NCBI GenBank assembly: GCA_030704615.1
Contig: CM060731.1
Coordinates: 47,802,001 to 47,866,000, forward strand
Source of the DNA: Takakia lepidozioides
Taxonomy: Eukaryota; Plantae; Bryophyta
Length of the DNA stretch: 64,000 nucleotides
Direction of reading: 5' to 3'
The translations under genes were made by a program, and so were the position numbers. Below the pieces are notes generated by a model, which saw only the letters and a list, made by a program, of their open reading frames with translations, was not told where the DNA came from and did no database searches. Positions 36,200 to 47,764 of this stretch are shown here, in pieces. Within the stretch, counting starts at the first letter, position 1, and each line of letters begins with the position of its first letter.

Positions 36200-37809
36200 A
36201 TTGGGTGCCTGAATTGTGATGTACCACCAGTTGGGCTACAATAAATCAGGTCTTCTCATGAATTTCGGCACCGAAATCTGGATGAACATCTCTGTCATGT
36301 AACAGATTTGGAAGACGGGATGAATTCCGGCGACAGAAATCAAAATTTCTTCACCTCAGGAAACTGAACAAGCACCCGACGGATGGATTTCGGTGCCGAA
36401 ATTCGGATAAACATGTTCTTCATGAAATTGTTTCTGCACATAAGGGATGAATTTCGGAGCCGAAATACGGATGAATGTGTTCGTGATTAGAGTCATGATT
36501 CACCACGTGTCCGGATTTCGGTGCCGACATCCGAATGAGAGTAATCCTGAATCGACAGTAGGGATGAATTTCGGCGCCGAAATTCATCGTTCGCATGGGA
36601 AAAAAATTATTGGAGGGACGACGTTGGATGAATTTCGGCGCCAAAATTCATTCTTCTTCTCCTTTTTCGACCCTAATTCTGCTGTCCTGCGGATGAATTT
36701 CGGCATCGAAATTCATCCGAAGTCCTCCCTTCATTTTTTTTCCTTGCGACAGATGAATTTCGGCGCCGAAATTCATCCAAAGTCCTCCCTTCAAATTTTC
36801 TTTTTTCTTCGCGAGCAATGAATTTCAGCGCCGAAATTCATTCGAAGTCATCCCTCCAATTTCTTTTAAGGGTTTGAGCGCTGGATTTCGGCGCCGAAAT
36901 TCATCCTTACTATCCGCAAACGGTAACTCCAATATTACATTTTCTATGCGACAGATGAATTTTGGCGCCGAAATTCGTCCGAACCCGACACTTACTTCTT
37001 GCTTCTGGATGATGTAAGGTTCCGAAATGTGTTTGAAATAACCCATTCAGACAAAGATAACACGAATATTTTGCATTAAATGGAGAAATCAACACATTCA
37101 ACCCCTTATGTCTTTCAAAAGGCCGTTATCCAATGACGAAAGGGGATTTTTTTTCATGTTGAGGGAAAATTAATTGCATTTTAGCCGTTGTTTTCATTTG
37201 AAACTGACAGTATCCATTAAGTGGTCATTTTCCGTACAGGACGTTGCCGCACATAAAGTATAATTTCGGCGCCGAAATTATACTAAACAGTCCAGACATG
37301 ACAAGTCCAACATGCATGGACAACAACCGTGAGAGGCAATGATGGCGGCAAAGCGTAGCATGGTGCCGATTTAGTCTTCGCGTTGGATGTATTTCGGCAC
37401 CGAAATATGGATGATTTCACCTCGTCTACGCGCGGACGGAGATATTCTTAATGAATTTTGGCGCCGAAATATGGATGAAATGTGCCCAAGTGCAGCGTCT
37501 TCCACTGTCCCGGAATTAATTCCGACTCCGATATCCGACTGACAGGTTTGCTCATGACGGATGAGGACTGGGGAAGCAATGAATTGCGGCGCCGAAATTC
37601 ATATGTTTGTGTATGAAAGCACTTGCATAGGATGAATTTCGGCGTCGAAATTCATCCGTCCGCTGATGAAACGTGCCGACCTGACTGTTGAATGTTGGTA
37701 GGCAGGGGAATTTCATGGCGGTTGGGTTTCATGATGTGCGGATAGTTCATTCAATGTCAGCTGCTCCGAGAACAGCATCCGGTACGGAACGATATTTCGG
37801 CGCCGCAAT
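36200..37809. repeat. Phased array of the palindrome (GATGA)ATTTCGGCGCCGAAAT(TCATC)
   Basis: Copies start at 36262, 36324, 36387, 36451, 36515, 36568, 36632, 36697, 36757, 36822, 36885, 36959, then 37263, 37391, 37455, 37519, 37583, 37636, 37794. Confidence 0.95.
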
Positions 37810-38506
37810 TCGGATAAAGCGTCTTCTACTGGTGGCTTGAACAGACACGCGTCGTGTTCCAGTCGACTTCATCCGTGTGAACATGTCAGGGGTCGCAATC
37901 TCTTCATCACCCATACGGCAGAAAGTGGTCGACGGTGGCAAAGCTTCGGGAGACGTGGCTGCTTACGCATCTGCTCGTGCACAGTGGTTGCATATTCCAC
38001 CGCTTCACTTTCTCGCTCCTTGCCCTTCTGCAGTGACATTCTCCTGCGTTTCCGTTCCTTATGCAGCATAGTGATAGCATAGAGTTTGTGGGAAGGTCAG
38101 GTGATTCCGACACAGAGAAGGAGGACGCGGGATTTTGGGAAGCCGCCGACGACACGACTTAAGCTCCGTCTCGTGCAAGAAATGCAGACCTCATTATCCG
38201 GAGACTCGGATCGCCCACCAGTGAGAGATTCGTGCTTCACGGATGTGACGCACTCCATACGCACTATTCCTTTTACACCTTTTTTTTTGCGTGCAGTGTG
38301 TCATGTTTTCCTGTTTGTTTGACATGGGAGCTGGGGAGGGATCGCAGGGGGGCGAGCCAACATAGTCAACTTTGGATACTCCTGCCCGGGTGCTGCGCTC
38401 GTAAGGTGGAAGTGCATCGAGGCAGGCGACTCCTCAGAGAACACCTCAGAAATCGCCTCAAAAAAACCCACCTAGAGTCCGGAAGCCGAGGAAGCAAAAA
38501 GAGCCC

Positions 38507-41500
38507 ATGGCTTCGCCAGTAAAACCACTTGGGAGACTAGAAGCGGAGATATTGGGTTTGCAGGCAGTTTCAGAAAACACGGATGCGGTGGAGGCCGCTG
38601 GAGATATCGGACTCGGATCTGCAGAAGGGCAGCCCATTCAGCTGACAGAAGCAGAGGACAACAACGTGGTGCGACTTGACGACTTCCCATGAGATCAGAA
38701 CCTGCTGGAGCTTGCGGAGGAGCAAAACCTCCAGGACAGTAAACAGGCTGGTGAGAGGGGCGAGGGAAGTGAGAGAGGTGATAGAAGTAAGAAATTGGTG
38801 GCGGGTATGCTCATGAGCGCACGAGACATGAACATAGCAGCAAACAAGTTGCCGGCAGAGACTCATAGCAACATAGGCCGCGTTTTGGGCTCCATGGTGT
38901 ATCCGGAGAACCTCAAAGTTCCTTTGTGTCGCATGGTTAGCCTTCCAGTTGTAAGGCAAGCACTGCCAGGGGACATCGATCGATTGAAGCACAACTTCAG
39001 AGAGGGGTACAGACGGGGGTCGGCAGCATTCTACGTTTCCATTGAGAATGACCAGGGTGTCACAAGGGGCCCCACTGTAGAGGAGCTTCAGAATTGGAGC
39101 CCCCACTGGCACACTGTAAATGCCGAGTTTGAAGCCTCTCTGAAGACTAATCCCACATTCGCACACGTGGCAGGGAAGATGTTCTTCGTTTGGGACGGGA
39201 ACCACAGGATGCTTGCCTGGACAGAGTACATTGCTAAAATGCATCCGCAAGATATCAATTGGCATTACATGGTGGACTGCATTGTCGTGAAGGTGGACGT
39301 GAGGGACAGAGGACTGCTGAAGGGTGCCATGGCGGATATAAATCTGTAAGTATACAACTATATCCTTGTGTACTGCATATTGCGGCGCCGAAATAGACAA
39401 TGTTCTTGACTGTCATGCACTTTATGAACTGGAAATTGGATTGATATGCCGAAATCTGGTTATTTTTGTATCATATTTTCATGTTGTTCATTTTTTTTTT
39501 CCCCATGGCAGGGTAACAGAGAGGGTCTTCGTGGAAACTCATCTGGCACATACGCTCTACAGAGTGCAAGAAGTGGGCACAGCACCACTGACGGAATTCC
39601 AAAAATCCCTCGATCCCGAGCTGTACAGGAAGTCCCTTGCGAAAGCGGATCGCACCTGGTACCGACCAACACTGGACGCCATGGTGGAGATCATTTATTC
39701 GGTGAGGTTCATCTCAAATTTCCTAATTTAATGCTATTTGTTGCAGGGATCAGTGGCCTGATGTATCCACTGGGTATAGGAATGCAGACGAACATCAGGG
39801 ATGACTTGGCCTATGCCAAAAGGCAGTTCTTTGAGAGTGATGCCCCCAATAAGGCGGACGCGTCGATAGAGAGTCACATTGTGCAGACAGGGAGGCAATC
39901 ACGGACCAAGTACAGGTCCAAACTTGTGAAGCAAGTTGCAATCGCTGACCCTGGTCTTGGTGCCGAGTTCCTGGCAGAGATAGGACTGCATTACTCCAGA
40001 CCCATGAACCCGGAAATGTCCATGGAGAAACTTCATCACATCGCAGTGTCTTGTGTTGAGCCGGCGGAGAAGGTTAGCATGTGTTTGTTCTTGTTTTGTG
40101 TCTTCTCGCGATTCTCATGATGAGGTTCTTATGTCTGACCGATGTTAGGCCATGCAGACGAGGTGGCTGCGAATCTGGAACGGCCATACAAACACGAAGC
40201 TGCTGTACCACTTTCCCATCGAGCCAACAGACGACAAAATGAACGACTGGCTCAATGTGATGACTTGGTGATATCAGGTATAGTTTCCTCCTCTTCTGTG
40301 TGTTGGACATCATCGCAATTTCAAATTCATGAATGTTTTGGAAACCTGCACTGCTGCAAGTACTGACCCACACCCAGGAGCAATTGGATTGCAACACCAC
40401 CACTTTCAAGTTACAGATCGACTGGACGAAACCGGAGACAATGGAGAACTACGTGCAGTCCTAACGAGGGCGCTTCGCAAACCTGTTTTTCAGATAAATT
40501 GCAAAGGCAAGACGCAGCGTATACATCGAAGAGCAGGAGAGTGCCGACAAAGCGGCTATGTGTGTCCTGTTTAGGTAATCTGCTGCCAATGCATCCCCCT
40601 ACTTGCAGTTTTGAGGATTTAGCTAAGCAGCGGTGGGTATTGCGGCGCCAAAATATACCTCTGCAAGATGTGAGTGCTGGGTAATTGAGGCACGGTCCAC
40701 TGCGTATTTCGGTGCCGAAATACCTTATGCATTGAGAACTTCCTCTTGCATGATGCATCAGTAGAATGATTTTTGTTGAACTGCCTCGTGATTGCAGGTA
40801 CATAAACTTTGCACTCATTCCGTCCGGCGCCATTCAAAGGGTTCCACCATTCTTCCTGGCGTGGAAGACACCTGGAGGTCGTGGTACGATGTACACAGAA
40901 GTAATGGCAAAGGAGTGGCATGCCGAGCATTTGGTAGACTGTCCCTGGTATGTAGATCTCCCAAGTGGGACCGTTGACCTCTCGGAGGTTAACTTGAAGA
41001 AGGAAGCAAATGCCCGGGCTATGAAGGCGCAATCGGATCCCCAACCAGAGGACGTGGAAAGACTGAAACCAGAGGAGGCAGCAAAGCATAAAGCACTGAG
41101 AAAGTCAGCCAAGGCGGTAGCGTTGACGAAGGAGCAGATGGAGAAGCAGGCAGCTGAGCAGCCCAAGGACAATTTTCTCTCATATGTTAAAGGACCAAGG
41201 TATCCCAACTTTAACATGACTGACCGTAACTCTTGTCAATGAGGACCAAAATGCATATGTCAGGAATATCTGAGATTTTACGGGCCACCCATGCACCCAG
41301 CGGCCCGGAAGCTATGGTAGTATGCATACTGCCAGTACTGCGTGCGATGTAAGTCATCATCTCATACATGGGCAAGGCTATACCTAAGACACAAGTATGT
41401 ATGCATGTATGAAACGAATACAAGCCATCCCATGCTATTTCCTTACAGTGCAAGGCTATCACACCTTTTTGGACTTCTTTCAAGTCCTCCTCAGTCTTAC

Positions 41501-41631
41501 GTGCTACCTGTCTATGCGGAGGCACTCGCAGCAAGCATGTCCGTTCATGGCACTCGCAGTCCAACCATCGACGGCCGTGGTAGAAGACGTGGTGTACTGC
41601 CACTTTATCATATGGTGCTATATATGTATTG
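38507..41631 (+). pseudogene. Multi-exon gene with a ParB/sulfiredoxin-like domain. Approximate exons 38507-39345, 39512-39701, 39788-40071, 40149-40277, 40418-40574, 40798-41199, 41449-41631 (truncated)
   Basis: VPLCRMVSLPVVRQALPGDIDRLKHNFREGY...FYVS...FFVWDGNHRMLAW (ParB/Srx GxxR-type motif); GT-AG introns; in-frame stops (e.g. 38690). Confidence 0.7.
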
Positions 41632-43169
41632 GCCCTGCCTCCTTAAGGTAGGGCTATGCAAAGGCTTAGGAGATGCAAGGAATTTTTTAAATAGCCATTC
41701 AACGTTTGACATATATAATGGATGAATGAATAATTAGTGGATGAATGGTTGGCCATATCTAAAGATAAAGATGATGAATGAATTGTTGGATGCGGGGGTG
41801 GTTATATCAAATTGTCTCTCGATGAAGCTGGCTACTTGATAGTCAAGAGGGCAGCACTGATATATGAGTGAAGGTATATAAGGGCCCCAGGTTTGAAGGG
41901 GGGTGTGAGGATTTGATAGTGGTCCAGGAATTAAAAAGCGGGTTTTACAGTAAGCTACACCAGGAGTGGAATGAATAACTGCCATGTAAGGGGCTATGAA
42001 AAAAAAAGATAGGAAGGTGAGACCTTTTAAATAGGGGATGGTTCACGCGCCATAGGGAAGCAAGTGTCACCTAGGGGTGACATGCATTGCAGGGCAAGGT
42101 CCCACCGCCTGAGGGTCGGCGGGGGCTTCTAGAAGGTCCCACCGCCTTGTGAGGGTATATAAAGAGAGCAGGCTCTCTTCCAGTGCGTCTTACTTTCTAT
42201 TAAGTTACTACTTACTAGTACCTAGGCTCTGCACACGTAGGGCCGTGTGCCCAAAAGAAAAACGTAAATAGCGGTACACCATTCCATAATTAATTAATGG
42301 AATAGCTAGCTGAGATGAATAAGGGGCCCTATTTATATGCTGCTGGAGAAGAAGGGATATATGGACTAGGTATCCACCAAGACGAGCCTGGGCCTTGCAC
42401 ACAATATTGCCAGAGCGGCTCACCTCGGGAGCGGCGACTCAGTACGTGCCCGTAGCCAAGCGTGTCATGGTAAAATACCCTACATAACCAAGCTGTTTAA
42501 CCGAGCTTTTTTAAAATACCCTACAATATTCATCCGTGGTTTTCAGATCATCATCCAAATTGTCATCCAAAATTCTTACCGTATGCAAGGTTTATGTTTG
42601 AAATATGCTTCGTTTTATGATGCAACCTAAATGTTATATTCACATATTCCATAAATGACACTATCCATTTCATGTAATCATATTCAAAATGTACATATCA
42701 AATTTGAAATTTCAAATGAAAAGTCAAAAATTTCAAGAATATTATTAAAAGATAATTAGCTGTATTATTTTTAGTATGATTCAGCCTTTAATATATAATT
42801 TCACTACTTTAAAATGATTAAATTTAAAATAATATTGTATGGTAATTTTACCTCAAGGGTAGGTGCTGATAAGTTTCCATAACAAGCAGAAAGCTGTAAA
42901 GCTGTAAAAAATAAAGTTATCCGTAAAGGGTCCCAAACTCGGCATGAGAACCCTGAGTTTGGCCAAAACTAGGCGTGAGACTCAAAACTTAGGACATGAG
43001 GGTACCATTACCCTTGAGAATTAAGCTTAATTGTCTGGAAAGAGTCAAATTACTTGTTATCAATGACAATCAGAATGAGATCAAGAAGATTATAACGCCG
43101 AGTATCAAAAGATAGAGATAGCTGAAAATAGTCCCAGTACAAGACTGATCCCAAGGTAAAAAATGGGTC

Positions 43170-44075
43170 TACACTGCCAGAAGCAATGAGATACTTGATC
43201 AACTGAATGGTGCTACCATATTTTCAGCTTTTACTTGCAATATGGCTATGGTTCAGTTTCAAACAATGTTTTTTGGGTAGTGTAATACAACTGCGACCAT
43301 CTAAAGGTTCATGGATGTAGTATCTAGCAACCTTCATTGGGAGTGTGCACTCGTATATTGATGATATTAATGTTTACTCTCAAATTTGATACTCACATGG
43401 TAGATCTCCGAAGGGTGTTGTGCAAATTCAGGGATATTCAGGACTAAAAATAAGGATACGTATAATCTTCGTAAATCTGAATTACACTTCCTTAGACATA
43501 TGTTGTCAGCAGCATGAGTCAGTCTTGACCCTAGAAAAAATACTAAACTTACAATTGTTTATGAGTATCCTGCACCTTCTGATAAAAATTGTATTCGGAC
43601 ATTTTTGGGCTTGACATCTTATTATCATCGCTTCCTAAAGCATTTTCCGAAAATTGTCGCGGCTTTGACTCAGTTGTTTTGCAAGGACATCAGGTTTGTT
43701 TGGGAAGACAAAGAGCAATTAGCATTCGAAAATTGTTGTAAATGTAATATTTTGTTGATTTTCCAACTGACTTCAATGAGTCATTCATACTACGAACTGA
43801 TGCTTCTGATCTTGTTGTCTCAACTATCTTGTGACAAAAGCATAAAAATAAGAAGCATGTGGTGGCCTATTCCTCTCAATGTCGGGATAAATATGAACGC
43901 AATTATAGCGTCATGGACCAAAAAGGCTTGGCCGTAATATCCGGGGTCAAATATTTTCGTCAATTTTTGCATGACTATCCCTTTGTTGTTGAGATTGATT
44001 ACTTTCCATTGAAAGCAACGAAAACATCTAGGGAGTTTTTTTGTCACCTTGCTTGTTGGGTACTTCCACCAAAGA
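43170..44075 (+). mobile_element. Degenerate Ty3/Gypsy RT-RNase H fragment
   Basis: LNGATIFS, ALVYIDDINVYS, RTFLGLTSYYHRFLKHF, ILRTDAS, VAYSS...ERNYS..DQKGLAVISGVKYFRQFL. Confidence 0.8.
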
Positions 44076-44379
44076 AAAATCTTCTATGCCAAAGGAGGGA
44101 TGATAGTTAAATGCGACCATGGACAAATCAATACTTGAAAATTAACACAAGGTGTCAATGAGGTGAGAAGAATGTGATGGAAATAATAGACAATCAATCT
44201 GCACTACAAGCATACCACACAAGCGTACCTCGTTTCACATCTTGATAAAATCAGGGAACAATTTAACTAGTGTCTCTTCAAGTTTTGGTGGGCAACAACT
44301 TCCTTTTTCTACCCCCATTCCTCATAATATAGAAATCTAAATATTAACTGGAGAAAAATCCCTAAAGCTCGTACAAGAC

Positions 44380-47300
44380 GAGTTTTTGAGATGGCTATCT
44401 TGCATACTATTTTGCAAGTTATTGAAATTGACATTATGCTGGATCGTCCCAAGTACGCATACCAGATCGCGTCCATTCGAAGGGAAAAGCTTCCAATTTG
44501 GAGCGTTAATGTTCTGAAGAGGCTTATATCATCGAGTATTCAGGACTCTAAGAGATTTGGGGGTGAGCATACCAGATCGCGTCCTTTCGAAGGGAAAAAC
44601 TCCTCAATTTGGAGCGTTTCGATGTAATGAAGAAGCTTCTGCCATCGAATCCTCAGTACTCTAAGAGGTTTGGGTGCGAGTTCCGGCCCTAACTGGAAAA
44701 ACCATGCGAAGTCATAGTACAGAGATCGAACGACTTCATAGGAATAAGAGAAAAGTTGTACATGTTTCATCCTACAAAAGTTTCAACATTGATTTTTTCA
44801 AATAGAACTTCAAAGACAACATTGAAAGAGTGGTAGATGGATCTGGAGTATTGTTTGTTCTTTAACCCAATTTTTATTTATTTTTGTTTATTCAAGAAGT
44901 CGTTCAATTGTCAACTATGTCGGCATGGAATATATGCCACAAAGCTTTACTTTTGGAGGAAACAATTGTTGTTGGTGTATGCACGATGATGTTAACCTGA
45001 AAGACAGTCTTGTATCAATACAGTGAAGCAAATGAGCTAATTACTATAAGCAACTTGAGGAATATAACTAAAGACTTGTACTACAAAGAATCTAGAGCAT
45101 GGAGTGATGAACTCGTGATAGTACATACTGCATCAAAAAAGTCCATGTGATACTACAAAAGAAACTTGTTTTTTTCATAGTTTATCCCACACTTTTTAGT
45201 ATGAGATCAATCCCAGTTCACAAGCAACTGGCGTGTGACAACAGATATCTTTTCAGACACCTTTGGTCATACTGCCAACTCAGATAATTGACCATGATCA
45301 CAAAAAGTATGTATGAAATATGCTACATCCACACTTCTGTTAAATAAGCACTGTGACAAACCCTACATCTTATACGGTCTATGTGTCACCTCATACTTTG
45401 GATGTCCAAGCTGTTTGTGGCACATGTGTGATAGATCTCATACTTCAGCCACTTTCCAAAACCACACTTTGGCTCATTCTACAGAGCTGTGAGATAAACC
45501 GTGAGATGTACAAAGTATAAGATACCCATAGTGTGGAAAAAGACATGTTTCTCTTGTAGTGTAAATATAGGTAAATTGAATCATCATCTCTTTTTGTTGT
45601 CCATATGCAATGTACGCCTTTGGTCCCATGTCGGTTTTCTTAATATTAATAGGTAAATATCTAGTTAGTTTTAGAATTCCTTCCGGATGAGTATACTTTG
45701 AAACTGGTAAAAGTCTTACAAATTCTCTATAATGAATGGGAAAAACTTCTTCAAAAGTATGTTAGAAAACCAATCTTTTGGTTTTAATAATTCCTTCGGC
45801 ACTTTTGAATTATATCCATCAATAAACTGTCATATAGTTGACCCTGGAGTAGACTCCCAAGTAGAACTTCAAGTGATTGTAGGATTGATAGAGATAATGT
45901 GTACATTAACATTTTTTATACATTTTCTCATTCCTTCGGGACTCCAATCTACACTAGATGAAATAGATACATCTTTTATTACAATAAGTTCTTTCAAACG
46001 CCAATGTTGTAGAAAATGCGAGAATTTCGACTCTACATTGTTTAATCTAGAAGGTGTGATATTATATAACATTCGTTCACTCAAAACATTCATCCGAAAT
46101 AAAACACATAGAAACAGACATATCATGACAATACAAATTCTTTTGGTAATGGTCTTTTAAGATATTTTGTATATATGATATTTTGTTAGATTCATAAAAT
46201 CTCTTTATTACTGTATGTTCGCTGTTGTTTATACTACAATTATCCTTTAAGACCCCACCATCATCAATTGACCATTCACAATGCATCTTATTTTAATATT
46301 TTAAGTCCAAATAACATATCAAATATATTGCTTTGTCTAGTTATTTATGACATTGAAGGTGGAAGTCTATTAAAGAGGCTGAGCGTATCATTTGACATTG
46401 GGCTGGACTACTTTGCAAGTGAGCTCTACAAGGAATGAAATGTTTGGAGGCACTTTGCTAGAGAGATATAGAACCTGCAAAACCATAGTATAATGCCCCA
46501 AAATAAGTCACATGATAGAATTGAAGTTGTTTAGCGTTAAAATATACTGTGACAACCATAATATAATGCATTTCTATAGACCTTAGCAAAAGTAGCGACC
46601 TAGCAGTAAACATAATGCTCAGAAAATATAACTTTCAGTAACACCACCTTAAAGAAGCATTACATTTTGGTTGATGTCCTTCAGCATCCGTCAAAGTATC
46701 TCCTTCAATCCTTCTTCAGTGCGTTCTGGAGGTCCTCCCGGGTCGGCAGGGCCTCCATTTTGACATCCAACGCTTTCACCTTCGCGTCCAGGGCCCCACC
46801 TTGTTGTCCACGACCACCGCGAGATTGTCGAATCCAGCCTTCATCTGCACCGCCATGCTCTCCAACCTCGTACCCATGACCCAGTGATTCACGCCAATAG
46901 CGGTGAATGCAAAACTAACAAACAACCCAACTTGTACTTTGGACTCAGTTTAATACCGCTGCACAAGGTTCAGAACAAAAAGTTAGCACAACAAGATCCA
47001 CAATAAAAGCGAAATGGAAAAAAGAAAACAAAACGCACAAACATCAAAAGTCAGATAGTCCGCCGCAGCCTGTGTAGTCTGAGAAACGACGCAAGAAAGT
47101 GCGGAAAGCCATGGCGCCAATACAAATAATGAAAAGAGAGGGACACAAACAATGAAATAAGAGAGAGAACACAAATACATACCTTGTGAAGGATGCGTCA
47201 ACATCGGCATGAGGCGTCAACATGATGAAGGACACCTTGGCTGCTAGTTCATTCCCAGTAGAAAGATTGACTACACACAAAAACATTCCCACCAACCTTG

Positions 47301-47450
47301 ATCTGGAGAAACTTCACCCAGGTCTTTAGGTCAAGTTTGCTTCAAGTGTTTCTGTGCGAACCCGCCACTTTTCGGTTCTTTCTTGAATTGTATGTTTGTG
47401 TGCATTTTGCGCAGGTGTCACTGGAAGATCTGCATTTTCAACCAACAAAG
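44380..47450 (-). mobile_element. Possible decayed CACTA/EnSpm relic (AT-rich transposase-like remnants 44900-46300, spliced coiled-coil-like remnant 46660-47280, ~111-bp duplication at 44461/44572)
   Basis: Weak motif similarity (PIFTLQEKHVFFHTM, WLKYEIYH, TYFL/IMVNYL) to the TnpD DUF4218 region; heavily degraded. Confidence 0.3.
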
Positions 47451-47764
47451 AGACAATGATTTAAGCAGATGGGCATGTCGTTGTAGTTGCTTTTTAGAGA
47501 CCTGAGGCCTGCTCTTGATTTTCAGAAGTTGGGCACTTCAGTCTCCAATCGACAAGGAGTGCAAGGAGTGTAAGGGCAAGGACAAGGAGTACAAGGGCTA
47601 GGAGTGCAAGGACATCGGCAATGAGCGCCGACCCTAGCGACGGGTCAGCGAGGACGGGCCGTTGATCAGCATGGACGGTTGAAATTAACTCAATCTAGTC
47701 AGCATTCAACGGCCTTGGCCTCCTTCCCTTGAAACCCTTTAGGTTTAGGTTTAGGTTTAGGTTC

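Larger units (their letters stand above)
30790..41631. mobile_element. Left part of a large Mutator-like DNA transposon (transposase, palindrome array, ParB-like gene)
   Basis: Contains a MULE-type transposase, the ATTTCGGCGCCGAAAT motif throughout, and three AAATTGGGCYCCGGA repeats at 30792-30935. No TIR or TSD identified. Confidence 0.7.

Noticed and set aside
36200-37809. CRISPR array (palindromic repeats with ~40-48-nt spacers)
   Set aside because: The context is a eukaryotic TE with no cas genes, the repeats are degenerate, some spacers are related (AGTCCTCCCTTCA twice), and the motif also occurs singly in introns.
41640-42500. Possible L1 remnant followed by LTR-like sequence with TATA boxes
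   Set aside because: No paired LTR, PBS/PPT or clear motif could be established.
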